A stretch of DNA of 64,000 nt from Epiperipatus broadwayi (GCA_028023455.1 JAQFVV010000010.1:16306001-16370000); one strand, 5' to 3'; counted from the first letter of the stretch, positions 1-13,320 are shown. The notes: generated from the sequence alone by a model not told the origin. Numbers and translations: made by a program.

Positions 1-293
1 TTATTTTGTTTTTATTGCAAGTTTTTAATTTTTTTGGTTTACTATATTCCAGTTTTTGTTTTTTTTTAATTATTACAAATTATTTAAAAAAAATTTTTTT
101 CTAAAATAATATTTAGCTTAAACTTTTTCTTTACTGTTTCTCTATTATAATTTAATATCATTATAATAAATAACTAATAAATGTACCATTGAATTACTTT
201 TTTATTTTACTGCATTTTTACAGAATTAATAGTTCAAAATAGTCAAAATAAGTCACAGATCACATGACCCAATTCTCTTAAGCTTGTAAGATA

Positions 294-595
294 TAAACAA
301 TGAGCATTGCCAATTGCTCAACAGTTTTGTGATAAATGCTTAGCCAGAGAAAGCATTTAAAATATCTCTGTCAGGAACCCCCTCTCCCAAACCTCTGACC
401 ATGGCTTCATGCTTTGGGTTGGTATTTTTAAATCTAGTATCTGAAGCTATCCTAGCGCCTCTGAGTTGTGCCAAAGCACGAAACCATGGCCAGAGGTTGG
501 GGGGAGGGAATTCCTGACAGAGATATTTTAAATGCTTTCTCTGGCTAAGCATTTATCACAAAGCTTGTTGAGCAATTGGCAATACTCATTGTTTA
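294..595. mobile_element. Fold-back (palindromic) element with ~124-bp arms and a degenerate hammerhead-like motif; probably PLE-derived
   Basis: 294-417 is the near-perfect reverse complement of 471-595, with a ~53-bp spacer and TA at both outer edges. The + strand at 458-496 reads CCT CTGAGTT GTGC-CAAA-GCAC GAAA CCATGG CC AGAGG; the left arm gives GTC at the cleavage position. Confidence 0.7.
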
Positions 596-2208
596 ATAGT
601 TCAAAACTATTATTTAAAAGTAAATCTCTAAGAAGTATAACTATGCAATATGGTAGAAGTTGGATAAAATAGGCGGCATAATAAAATGGATTTATTTTCA
701 TTGAAAATTAGTTTTGAAATTTAGTTTGTAATTATCAAATTTAGGATATTTTTCTTGGACTGGTAAAATCTTTCTGCGGAGGGGGAGGCAGAAACATCTC
801 AAATATAAGGTGAATGAAATTCACTATTTTAAAAAAAAAAAAATTCATGATTTGATCAGAACTTTTAAAGAATTTTTTTATATGAGCATTGAGAAAATGC
901 ATATTTTAGAAGCAAAGAAATTATATTAGGCCATTGCATCTAGAAACATTAATTCAGCATATGTATTTTCAGTTAGATAATAGATTTCCTGATAATTAAG
1001 CAATAGCAAGCCTTTGATCATACAAACTACTGCAATTAATTTAGAATATAGAAATGAAAGTAAAATTTGAAACACTTGTCTCTTCACCCACATATATATA
1101 GTTTAAAAAAAAAAACTGCAATATACATATAGTAGTTTATGATAATCAGAAAAAAAATCATTGCAATTAAATATTAAACCTATAATTATAAAGTTAGTAA
1201 AGTTAATTCATATATGCTTTATAAATTAACATAATATGATAGGCCTTTTTGTAAACAACATACACAGTGAAATCAAATGACCAAAGTTCATCTTCATTTG
1301 CCCAGATTTTTTTTTCTTAGTCAATAATCATTCAGGAATTATTTGCTTATCAGAAAATTATTTTATTCATTTAGTTAAACTGTTGAGATCAACTTTTTAC
1401 TTTAAAAAAAATTATATACACTTAAATTGTCTATATAAATCTCAAATAGTTTTATCATTTATAAATAAATAATTGATTGTTAAAAAAAAAAAAAAATTAT
1501 AACTAACTATAGTAGTTTTTATAAGTGAATTGTGCTCTATGTGTTTTCATGTATGTATGTTGCTTTAATTATCTTGGAATGTAAAGCTTTGGAAAGCATT
1601 AATGAATAAAATTTAAAACAAATGGAAGTGATTTATTGTGCAATCTTTGAAGTCACCTGTGTGGTTGAATATTTATTTTCACCTCTTGAAAAGTAATGAT
1701 CTGTTGAGGTAATGAGTAATAATTTCAATATCAATTAAAAAGAGGAGTAATTTCCTGACATGAAGATGATTTGAAGCAAATTAAAATAAATTGATAATAT
1801 TTAGAGGAGGGAAAAAAAAATCAAAATCCAGTTATCACGGAAAGAGATCTTTTTAAAATAGATATTTTAAAATTTTATTTGATAGGAAATGAAAAAAAAA
1901 AACTTTTGATGTATAGTATCTATATACAATATTCTTCAGATTTTTAAAAAGGAAATTTATTCACCTTATACATAAGGGTACAACTTTATTAAAGATTAAA
2001 GATCTTTTTCACTTGTCTTTGGTAATATTTTATGATTGCATCCCTCCACAAAGATGTTAAAAGTTGATAGAAACCAATCCCTACCTTGCATGAGAGTGGT
2101 GTAGTGAAAATTACACTACAGAAATATTCATTATTGGATAATCTAGTCTAATGAATGACTAATAAAAATTATTGATTCTTTAAATCTTAGGAAATTAAAT
2201 TTACTTAC

Positions 2209-2500
2209 TTAAATAAAATACTATCAAATATTTATAGATCATAAATAATCATAAGTAATGAAGACAAAAATTTCACTGCTGGACAAAAAGGTGGCTATCT
2301 TTAAAGCATAAGTAGGTCAGTGGTAGCTAGAAGTTAATAAAAAATATATAGTAGATATAAAAATACTCTGTAGATCTTCAATAACTTATCTTTGAAAGTT
2401 TTATAATTAAATAAAACATACTATCAAATGTTTAGCAATTGTACATAATCATAATTAATGAAGACTAAAATTTCACTCCAGACTAATACAGAAGTATCTA
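2209..2500 (+). repeat. Local diverged tandem duplication, period ~200 bp
   Basis: ttaaataaaatactatcaaat...ataatcataagtaatgaagacaaaaatttcact (~2209) recurs as ttaaataaaacatactatcaaat...ataatcataattaatgaagactaaaatttcact (~2408). Confidence 0.7.
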
Positions 2501-2570
2501 CATAAATTCATCCTATTCAGCTTATAACCATCACTTTATCATCACACACACACATATATATATATTCTGT

Positions 2571-3955
2571 AATTATTTATATAGTATACAACAGGGATGG
2601 GTTGCTCATCAATGTGCATTAATCAGTGTGGTAAGTTTATTGGCTTTTTATCTAGTTTAAGATCAAGAAACACCATGGTCTTTTAATTGACTAATAACTC
2701 TTAACTGAAATATCAGTTGATTTTTTTTGAAAGCAGAATGAATGTGTGTGAGTGAATTTTTTTTTTTCTAATAAATGTTTGCAATCATGACAGACAAAAA
2801 TAAATAATGGCCCTTTTTCTCAGGAGACTGTAAAGTCACCAGCCAAAGAAGCCATTGGCAGGCGAAGGGTGCTAAGAATCTCCTAATTGTCAACTCAGGC
2901 TGCCATTTGATGATGACCTTTTATTTAGATACTTACAACTGCAGATCACTTTCAAGTGAAAAAAGATTACAAAAATTGGAAGAACTGTCTCATATTAAAT
3001 GGGACATTATTGGACTGTGTGAAGTTAAAAGAAAAGATGAAGAGAATTGACTTAAAAAGCGGACATGTACTTACTATACTATGAAGGAAAAACATTGGAA
3101 GTATAGGATTCATTATAAATAAAAAGTGGAAGAACAACATTATAGAGATTGATGGTGTATCGGACAGAGTAGCAAAGATTAGTTATTCAACTTAATAGTA
3201 GATATTAAATGCAGATAATTCAGGTTTATGCTTCAACAAGTTCTCATTGTGATGAAGAAGTAGAGGATTTTTATATGAATGTATAAAAAGCTTTTGATCA
3301 GACCAAACAACCTTTTTAAATTGTCATGGGAGACTTTAATGCTAGAATTGGTAAACAATTGAAAAATAAGTGTGCTGTATGGTTATGTTGATGGAAATGA
3401 GAGAGGACATAGACTTGTGGAGTTTGCAGAAAAAGAAAAACTTTGTATTATGAATTGTTTTTTTTGAGAAAAATGTGAAACACAAATGGACATGGAAATA
3501 TCAAATGAAGGTACAGCAGAACTGGGTTATTTTTTGACTAATAGAAAATATATACTTCAAGATTGTAATGTTCTTAATAAAATTCAACACAGGAAGTGAT
3601 CATCGATTAGTAAGATGTAAGATACATGTTCATGCAAAACTAGAGAGAAAAAAATTATTAAGAAAAACAATATTCACAGTTGATATTCTTAATCTTCAGA
3701 AACATTACAATGAATTTAAATTAGAACTTGCAAATCATTTTCAATTATTAATATATTTTGAACATGATTCGGATTTGAATGAATTCAATATGAAGATAAC
3801 TGATACATTTTTAAAAACTACTACAAACATAGCTGGTACAAAAAAGCAATTGATGAATAAAATTACTTCTGAGACATGACAATTTATGAAGAAAAGAAGG
3901 AATATGAAAATATTTAAAAATTATACATTAAGAAGGATTGAATATCTTGAATTCC
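2571..3955 (+). mobile_element. RTE-clade LINE, copy A (5'UTR + APE endonuclease; RT and 3' end missing)
   Basis: Colinear with copies B and C. Disrupted APE motifs (TYNCRSL, WDIIGLCEV, MGDFNARIG, NTGSDHRLVRCK in ORF 3568-3879). Starts inside the 5' ribozyme region. Confidence 0.9.
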
Positions 3956-4711
3956 TGAATCAATTTTAAAAATACACATTTATACTAATTTTCACTTAAT
4001 TAATTGCTGCCATTTTTGAGGGTCAAATCCATAATTTTATAAAATAATAATACTATATATATACATATTTACAAATACATGTTATAAATATATATTTTCT
4101 ATCAATATGTAATTTAGTCTTGGGGAATGGTTAGCAAGATTTGATTGGGCAGGATTTGTAAGTAAGAGATGTAGTTATAAATAAATATATATATGCTTAC
4201 ATTTACATTAAAAGATTTTAAATATATTGATGTATTTTTATATAAAATATGTAATTAATTGTACATAAGTTTAATGTTTCACAAATAAATATTTAAAAGA
4301 TATTATTTTACAGAATTATGGCTTTTACTCTTGAAAATGACTTTTAATTAAATAGTTGAAATATTGAAATAATTTTGTATTTTTTTGATTCAGGAATAAA
4401 ATTAAGTTTTATTAATATTTGGACAAATTGCTTAATTTATTTATTCATTTAATTTTATATTAGAGATTAAATATGTATTTTTATTAATGCATGATTATTT
4501 CCTTAATTCACATTTCAATACTTTTTAGTCATAAACTTAATTTTGCATATTTTTTACATAACATAAACACATTTATAAAAATTAAGATATATTTAATAAT
4601 CTAATATATGAAGTATATATCTATGTTAATGAACTAATAATTTCTCATTTTTTGATTGAATTCAAATGTAATTTATATACTTGGAGTTTAGATGTAATCT
4701 TAAGAGACTTA

Positions 4712-4995
4712 TACACACATTTTCAAGCTCCCTCCAGCTATCTGCTCTATCTCATATAACTGATACACATGACCACATATATGTGAAAAAGATAAATGAT
4801 CTCCAATATACATATTTCATGCTAAGCCAGCACTCATCAGTTAGTCCAGATAATAATCCTCCACACACATATATAACCAGTGCTCAGTTTATATTAAGAT
4901 AGCAAATCTTCAAACTTTAATGGACAGGCTTCGATCTATTCCATCTTCCAATTCTTCAGCCATCCATATCAATGAAAATCTGATGATGAAACATT
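4712..4995 (-). mobile_element. Family A non-autonomous element (hammerhead + tRNA-like A/B-box module), copy 1
   Basis: Aligns by eye with 43267-43500, 43551-43790 and 47399-47690. Confidence 0.8.
4802..4845 (-). ncRNA. Type I hammerhead ribozyme motif (family A, decayed)
   Basis: Minus strand reads ACTAA CTGATGA GTGCTG-GCT-TAGCAT GAAA TATGTA TA TTGGA. Confidence 0.7.
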
Positions 4996-5489
4996 CAATT
5001 TTATAAATGAATGTGTGCTGATAAAGTGACAGATTGAATTGACATTATTGTTAGATAAATAGAATAACAGCAATAGTCATTGTGATGTGAATATTTGGGC
5101 CAACTGACAAGATGGTTCATGTCAAAATTTTTGTGTGTGTCTGTAGTCATAAGTTTAAAAGAAATAATATAAGTAGATATATTTCAGAAATATATAAAAA
5201 TTTGTCTGAATTCACATCAGATGTCTAGATCAACTTTTACTTTTTAAGAATTGTGTTACCAAAGAATCATCACAATAATTTGTAAACTTTTATATTGACA
5301 AAAGCAAGTTTCAAAGTATATACAATCTTTATAATCTTAAGTCTATTTTCATTGTCCTAAATCTACATTTATTTCATTGATCTTCTTGTATAAGCTTCTT
5401 GAATTCATAGTTTGTTTTTAATTTTGAAGTTTACACAATTTTTTCTGCATGGAAAATTTTATATTTTTTGGGGGGATGGGTGGGTGGGG

Positions 5490-5840
5490 GAAGTTAATTT
5501 GATCATCATAAAGTAGGTTGTGTGTGTATATTTGACAACTTTCAGTCTTGTGTTCTCTATCAAATACTCATAACTATTCTTTTTAAATCATCAATCAGTC
5601 CTTTTTTTGGCTTTAATTGTCCATAGATTATTTCAATGTCTTATATAATTCTACTTCAAGGTATGTGCCCAACTTAAATCCTCTTCTGCATTGTTTTCTT
5701 TAAAAAATAATCTCATTTTATTAAACTTTCTTCAATAATTCAACATTATTTATTTAATCTTCCCATTAATCTTTTCTATTATCATCCTAAATTTTAAAAC
5801 CTTTATCTTCTTGCTTTTCCTAATTATCCATATTTGAACT
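5490..5840 (-). mobile_element. Decayed RTE-type LINE 3' fragment
   Basis: Minus-strand remnants resemble the YG.E.W and GH motifs of the RTE C-terminal region and end in a tgatgat tail. Confidence 0.5.
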
Positions 5841-7959
5841 CTTTATTATAAAATGAAAGTTGACTCTAAACAAAACATTTAACAGATTTTTTTCTAAATC
5901 TAAACTTAATGAGACCCAAAATAATTCTCTATTTTTATTAAACAACTATTGTCATTTCTATAATAATATCTAGATTATTTCCACTGTCAGATAACTATTC
6001 ACTTATATTTAAAATGAAAAAGACATAAATATGTACAATGTATTTTTTATCAAAATAATTATTATTACATTTATAATTTTCTGAGATTTTTTTAGATATG
6101 AATCCCATTATCATAATGTAAACTTTTTGCTATCTCATTTTTTATTAATAAAATTAGTAGTGCCAAAAGTCTTTTTTGGAAAATTTCCATCATAATAAAT
6201 TAGTGTTTTAATTGCTCCCCCCTTTTTTTTTTTTTAAATATGACAAATGAAGGCATGGTGTGATTGTGCAGTTCATACCTATTCATTCTTAGTATTAAGG
6301 ATTTTTAGAAAAGATGTGAAATTATATAAAAGGTAAAAATAATTACGAGTTTAGTCCCTATAGAGAATGTAACGCCTATACTACCAAAAGTAAAGTTTGC
6401 AGCCATTGCATTGCCATTATTTAATCAATCCAGATTAATGTGGGATCTTTATACTTCTTTAATAAGTTATATACCCATTTGCTGATCCCTATAGGATGGC
6501 AAGCTGATTTGGCTATGGTCTTTCTTTTTGAAAGAAAAATCTTGTACCTGTCATGATCTGAAAAGGTTTTAAGATTCATATAATTCAGGCCTCAGTTCAG
6601 TTCTTTTTTATTGAAGACAGATGGATTAATTAGTATGCCAGAAGGTACTTAAACGAACCCCATGTGGATTTTGATAAATGAATCAATCGATGAAAAAGAT
6701 TCCAATAGTTTTAATATCCTGCATTTATTAAACTTGTTCTCATCATTTGTGAATTCACAGATATAATACATATAAAACAATATTACACAATAAGACCTCA
6801 AATATTGGTTGTTACATTCTGATATTTAAATTTTCATTCCGATTCTATATTAGTTCAATAAATTTTATTATATAAATATATAGATCTCTGACTTTTCATA
6901 TATATTAGTATATGTGTATGTAGGCAGATAGATAAAGAGAGGCAGATTTGTTATTTCTGTTTTTTATTTCATAAATAATTGTGACAATTGTTTATGAAAA
7001 ATAAATCATAGTTATTGTTTTAAGAGAACTTTATTTATTTTATTAGTGTTATCGTTGTTGAGTCTTAATAAAAAAGATCTAAAAGTTATCAATCTACACT
7101 AATTGGGCATTAGTAGTGCTACATCCAAATCATTAAAGTAATACCTATTAGCTTTTTCAATGAGGAGTAGAATTGCATTTATAGTATTTAGTGGTTACCC
7201 TTCAATTCAATTTATACTATCCAAGTTAATAACTCTAGATTCAGAAATGCAAAAAGGCCAGTAGCTATATCTTTTAGTAACTTGATGTTAACTATAAGCT
7301 ATCATATAAAATCCATTGGTTATTTAAACTTATAATGGTTAAATCTGGAGCAGTATTAATGATAATCAGAGAAAGAAGTGGTGCATTATTAATATTTAAT
7401 TATTCTTTATGAGCTGTTATCATTTTTTAAAAAACTGATAGCTTATACTATATATCAAAATGAAATTTTTTAGATTAAAATTAAAAATATTTTCTATAGT
7501 TTTTTAATTGATATTTTAGTAAATATCTACACAATTTACTATATCACTTTCTAAGTAATATTTATAATTATATCACTTTTTATAAATTCTAGAAATTTTA
7601 TCAGAAAATGTTTTCTTATATTATTTTTATTATTATCAAAGTTCTATGTAATATTTTGAATGCTTATAAATATCTACTGAACTAAAATTCTAATTTATCA
7701 CATTAATGTTAGTATTTAAATGTAAAACCTAGTTAGCTATTTTTATTTATGAATTTTAAATTTTCCTTAATTTTTTTTTAATGTCCATATATATGTGCAG
7801 GCCTATGTGTAGATCATTATCACAACTTGAGTAGACATGTTTGAATATTGTTATGCATGAAATATCATTACTTGATGAAATATTAAATGATATAAATTAT
7901 GTTCATTCTCAGTATAATATATTTACATGAATAGAAATATTTTTTGCATTAATGAATTA

Positions 7960-8215
7960 GCAAATATTGGCTTGAAAATAAAATACATGGGTGTGAGAAC
8001 TCATTTGACTAGCATATTTCTAGAAAAGATGACAATAGATTGATAATTGAAGTCTTAAACTGGATCCCAAGAGGTTATAAAGGATCTAGAAAGAGATTAC
8101 ATTTGAGATGGATAAATGAAATAAATTTTTTCGAATGATGTGAAATCTGGATTGGAAAAGCTTAAACAATCTCTTGATGTTTTCATCCTGCAGTGATTGA
8201 TAGTAGTTAAAAATA
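7960..8215 (+). mobile_element. Decayed RTE LINE 3' fragment
   Basis: Remnants of DNRW..VL.WIPR and RW.DE, plus ttcatcctgcagtg (FILQW), which matches the 3' end of copy B. Confidence 0.6.
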
Positions 8216-11200
8216 TCATGTTGATTATACATTAAAGCTTATAGAAAAACTATTATATAATAAGTCTCTAATGCAAAATATTATTCTGCAATAAAATTCC
8301 AAAATAATTTATTTTTATTTGCTATACTTTTATTAACAGTCTTCCTCCCTCTTTAATCTATGTCTGAGAATCACAGAAATAACATTTAAATCCTTAGAAA
8401 ATGAATATTTATTGAGTAGTTTATGCTCAATTCCTGCAGTTTAATAATTTGTATATAAATATTTTTATGCTTAATTTAACTCTTGAATCATTTGAAAACT
8501 TGATAGGCAAAATGTATAAATACGTACGTATTTTATCTAGTTAACTATTGGACATCTTTATAAGTCAGAACAGCCACAAAGCTTAACATAAAACATTCAA
8601 CTAGGAATCTATTTTAGGTTATTTGTTTATATAATTATATTTATTACAATTTGATTTACAAATGTCAAACTTTTTGTATTCACGACTTTGACAACCTCCT
8701 CTTCAGATAAATACATTAATGATTATTAATTATATATTAGACTAGTGATTATCATGTCATTCACAGCCCAGATATAAATTTTAAATCCAATTAAAGATTA
8801 ATTTATATACTTTTTATTTAACATAAACACATGGAATAGTTAACCTTTTCCATGTGTAATTTGTTACATATATAGCATTTTTAAAATATTGTACCATTTT
8901 TATAATTTGTAACAAGTATTTACTACTATATTTTTATATCTATTAATTTATAACTTTCCGTCAGAGAATACAGATGAATATTATCAATTAAAATGTCAGT
9001 TCAGAATTAAGCATAAAAAATAATTTCTAAAGTTGAATCTAAAATGAAAAGTACCATAATATTATTAGTATTCCACTCTATTTGGAAAACATTATTTAAA
9101 AATTGTTTAACCTAACCATAAATGTACATGTATTATAATGATATACAGATGCCCTCTGAGTAACCATTATATATATATATAGCTTTTCATTGAGCCAACT
9201 TCAAGGCATGATAAAATATAATTGTAAAATAAGATTAAATGTTGTTTTGATCTTTTTGTACATGAACTATATTATAATAAGAATTCATATGATATTATAT
9301 ATATAGTAAAGACTAAAGTATTATTTTAACAATATACATATCTCCTAAGGGAAAATTATTTATATTTGGGGCAAGAGATTTGTTCATAAATATGTGCACA
9401 CTTCAACACATATTATATTCATCTATAGACTCGGTTATTGGGGACACACTTCTCGGCATATGAAATGCAAGGCCAATCTATTTTTCAATCAGTCTCAATA
9501 GTCTTGGGGATATCTTTATTATTTTCACAATAATCTAAAGTCTCTAAATTAATTTTACATTCTTCCATAGTGCTATCACTTTTTAGATTTTGTATACCAG
9601 CTTTTTCTTTCTAGTCTTTTTTTTTTAAACTGATTTATCATTACTTTATAATAATGAGCTAGGTCATTTCTCACTCAGATCTCTAATATATACAATGATT
9701 TCTCCATTTTACTTGTATTTGCCTATTTACATCATTAGTTTTTTGTTATTTTGTTGATTGTTGATTGATACAGCTATTCTTACCATGATTTTTTATATAC
9801 ATCTCTAGCTTCATCATCTCATTATTTAAAAATTTGTTGGGTTTTTTTTTTTTTTGCTTATTTTTAACTTTTCTCATTGGGTTTAATACTGTTTTATTGT
9901 TCTATACATATATTATGATTAACTGATCAGTTTCCATTTAATATTTTAGCTGATTACCCCCCAAGTATAGAGAAATATTACAACCCCATATTGGTTCTCC
10001 AAAATATATAACAGTATTCAAATGCCCTCGCATTAGTTTTTTTATTTATATGATTTTATATTGGGCTGCTAAATATGTAATGGTAAAAAAATTTACATTG
10101 GGCTTAATAAAAATTAACTATTTAATTAATATTAAGTGTTGGTCTGGATTGTAAATAAAGATAATCAAATGTGATCAAGTCATTATGTTCATGCATATAT
10201 ATAGAGAGAGTGATAGAGCAAAAATTTAAAGTAATATTTTAATTATAACACATTTCTCAAATAGAAAAAATATTTATATTTGGAGTGCTATCTCTTCTTT
10301 AGACAAGGTTATTAGTACCATAAACTTATATTACACAAATAGATGTTACATCCAGTCATAGACTCATTGGGTTTACAGTATACCTCAGCTTATGAAAACA
10401 TGAAGTTAATACATTAATCAATCACTAAACATATATACAGTATAGAAAAAATATTAAATTGAAAATAAAGAGTTAAGACTTTGTTTAAGTAGCAAAATAT
10501 TTAATTAATAATTCTGAATGAATATGAACATATATTATGCAAAACGTTGACTTAAGATATGCTTCCAATTGCAGTACTGTTTTATCATATTTGCCTAATT
10601 ATTTTAGCTTTTTATAATTATCTAACTTACTAAATTAATTGCTATTTGTATTTAAATTATTGTATAAATTTATTCAATATTCATTGGAACATGTTTTAAA
10701 ATACTACAGAAAAAATATACAACCAAGTATATCACAAATATTATATATATATGATTTAACATTGGAGATTATTATAAACTAAACAAATGCAGCTTAAATT
10801 TAAAAAAAAAAAAATAGAATAAGAAAAATAATAAAGCACTTTATCTAATGAAGGAATTTTGAAATCAAAATATGTACTTAATTAAAGGTTGTTGTGGGGT
10901 TTTTTTTTTTTTGTTTTTTTTTTGCATGGTAATTCTCTAGAGATTTAACTATAATTTATTGATACTGTCTTGCCTTCTAACTCCAGATTTCTTTTTATAC
11001 TTTTGATGGCTTTGGTTTTTTATAGATCATATGTTTGCATTAGGTAAACTCTTGAGTTTTGAAGTTATTAAATTCCTAGGCAATTTTCTTCATATTTGAG
11101 ACATAATTCATATTAGATTTTCCCAGCTAGTTTATGTTGAAATAAATTATCCATACTGATTCTATGCAGTTTGTAATTTGGCTTGAGAAAAGTATCCATG

Positions 11201-11583
11201 TAGTTAGTAGCATGCTTGTGGTAAGACTGCCTGCATGTCATTATTTCAACACTTGATAATCCAAGGTTTCTAGCTGATTGGCATTGTTGAACTGTGGGTA
11301 ATGGTTTACCTTTATTTAGATTTGTGATCTCCTTGCTTAATTAGTATTCTGATAAACTACTGGAAAAAAAAGCTAAAAATATGTATACTTTTATAGCTTA
11401 GTTTGGCAAACTAATTCCAACACCAGAAACATAAGAAATGATTTATTATTAAAACAACAAATAAACATTTTTTAATTAACTCAGAAGATTTGATCATCAT
11501 CATTATCAACCATTAGCAATCCACTGCAGGATGAAGGTCTCTCCCAGTTTAATCCATCTCCGATCTTTAGCTTCTCTATACAA

Positions 11584-12994
11584 TATAATTCTTGATAAAA
11601 ATTTTCTACCAATTTCATGATGTCATCTCTCTTTTTAGTAATAATTCCATCTTTTTTCCTTATTGCAGATATAAATTTCCTACCAATACCAAAATGTTGT
11701 TTTACATTCTTAAGACTTTTATTTTCTTCTACAGCTTTTCTTGCTAGTTCACAGTTATATTTTCTTATATCATTTTCAACTCTTTTCCGCACCATTTTAC
11801 AAAATTCGAGATATTCAATTCTTTTTAGTGCATCATTTTTGTATATCTTCATATTTCTTCTTTTCTTCATAAATTCTCTAGTTTCAGTAGAAATTTTGTT
11901 GGTCAATTGCTGCTTTTTTCTACCAGCTATCTTTGTTGCAGTTTTTAAAAGTGTATTAGTTATTTTCATATTAATTTCATTCAAATCTGAATCATGTTCA
12001 AAATCTACTAATACTTGAAATCGATTTGTAAGTTCTAATTTAAATTCATTAGAATGTTTCTGAAGATTAGGAATATCAACTGTAAATATTGTTTTTCTTA
12101 ACAATTTTTGTCTTTCTAGTTTTACATTAACACGCATCTTGCATCTTACTAATCGATGATCACTTCCTGTGTTAAATCTATTAAGAACATTACAATCTTG
12201 AAATATGTATTTCCTGTTAGTCAAAATATAATCCAATTCTGCTGTACCTTCATTTGGATGTTTCCATGTCCATTTTCTTTTAACATTTTTCTCAAAAAAG
12301 AATTCATAATATAAAGTTTTTCTTTTTCTGCAAACTCCACAAGTCTATGTCCTCTCTCATTTCTATTACCATAACCAAAATTACCTACAGCACTTTCATC
12401 TTTCATTTGTTTACCAATTCTAGCATTAAAGTCTCCCATAACAATTTTAAAATGTTGTTTACTCTTATCAAAAGCCTTTTGTACATCCATATAAAAATCT
12501 TCTACTACTTCATCACTTTGAGAACTTGTTGGGGCATAAACCTGAATTATCTGCATTTGGTATCTGCTATTAAGTTGTATAACTAATCTTGCTACTCTGT
12601 CTGATACACCATCAATCTCCACAATATTGTTCTTCCACTTTTTATTTATAATGAATCCTACTCCACTTGTATTTCCAATATTTGTGCCTTTATAATAAAA
12701 TATATGTCCACTTTTTAAATCAATTGTCTCTTCACCTTTTCTTCTAACTTCACAAAGTCCAATAATATCCCATTTAATATAAGAGAGTTCTTCTTCTAAT
12801 TCTTGCAATCTTCCTTCACTTAAAAGTGATCTGCAGTTGTAAGTACCTAAATAAAAAGTTGTCATCAAATGGCAGCCTGGGTCCGCAATCAGGAGATTCT
12901 TAGCACCCTCCGCCTTCGGCCACCAACCTCTGCCTTGGAAAGTGACTTTACAGCCTCCTGGGAATAAGGGCCATGCTTTATTTTTGTCTGTCAT
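11584..12994 (-). pseudogene. RTE ORF N-terminal half (APE endonuclease + linker), split by one frameshift
   Basis: ORFs 12221-12994 and 11481-12236 carry GTYNCRSL, WDIIGLCEVRR, IQVYAPTS, MGDFNARIG and GSDHRLV. Adding one T to the T-run near 12295 restores MNSFFEKNVKRKWTW...LDYIL. Confidence 0.9.
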
Positions 12995-13157
12995 AATTGT
13001 ATATATGTATTGGAAAAATATTTATCATTTACACAAACATTCATTCTGCCTTATCAGGCACTGAGAAGAAAGACCATGGTGTTTCTTGATCTTAAACTCA
13101 GAGGTAAAAAGCCAAAAAACTCACCATACTGGCTAATGCGTGTTGGTGAGCAGCCCA

Positions 13158-13320
13158 TCCATGTTCGTATACTATATGAATAAACACATAGTAATAACAG
13201 CTGCAACAACAAGAACGTATGGAGTGGACATTAGGAATTTGCCCTGCTCGGTTCCTTTAAGGCCTCCAAGAGGAATCAAAGGGTCTCCTTTCAGTTAATA
13301 GCAAACTTTTTTCTGCAACC
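13158..13320 (-). ncRNA. HDV/CPEB3-like self-cleaving ribozyme at the RTE 5' end
   Basis: P1 GGTTGCA/TGCAGCT (G1.U wobble); 90-nt J1/2; P2 TCCAT/ATGGA; P3 ACG/TGT; L3 TTCTTGT; GT; P4 TACTATGTG/CATATAGTA; J4/2 CGAAC with the putative catalytic C at 13167. Confidence 0.85.

Larger units (their letters stand above)
11495..13320 (-). mobile_element. RTE-clade LINE, copy B: both ends intact, RT region internally deleted, 11-bp TSD
   Basis: GAAGATTTGAT flanks it at 11484-11494 and 13321-13331. It has a 5'UTR shared with A and C, an APE ORF, a jump at ~11583 to the last ~90 bp (RRWIKLGETFILQWIANG* frame), and a (GAT)n tail. Confidence 0.93.

Noticed and set aside
340-552. 70-aa minus-strand ORF
   Set aside because: It lies entirely within the palindrome and shows no recognisable motif.
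2070-2135. Possible minus-strand exon (LSNNEYFCSVIFTTPLSCK) resembling the end of an MRH domain
   Set aside because: Weak acceptor, short, and only a loose motif match.
4915-4965. Second hammerhead-like motif in family A (CTGAAGA...CGAAGCCTGTCCAT, minus strand)
   Set aside because: GAAG replaces GAAA, and stems I and II cannot be paired consistently across three copies.
6330-7400. GC-richer patches that might be decayed LINE or transposase sequence
   Set aside because: No motif could be assigned with confidence.
11617-12586. Plus-strand ORFs of 133 aa and 79 aa
   Set aside because: They are antisense shadows of the RTE ORF.
13120-13155. Possible pseudoknot downstream of the HDV-like ribozyme (GGCTG/TAGCC with CTCACCA/TGGTGAG)
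   Set aside because: The loop geometry is atypical (L1=0, L2=8) and pairing is poorly kept in copies A and C.
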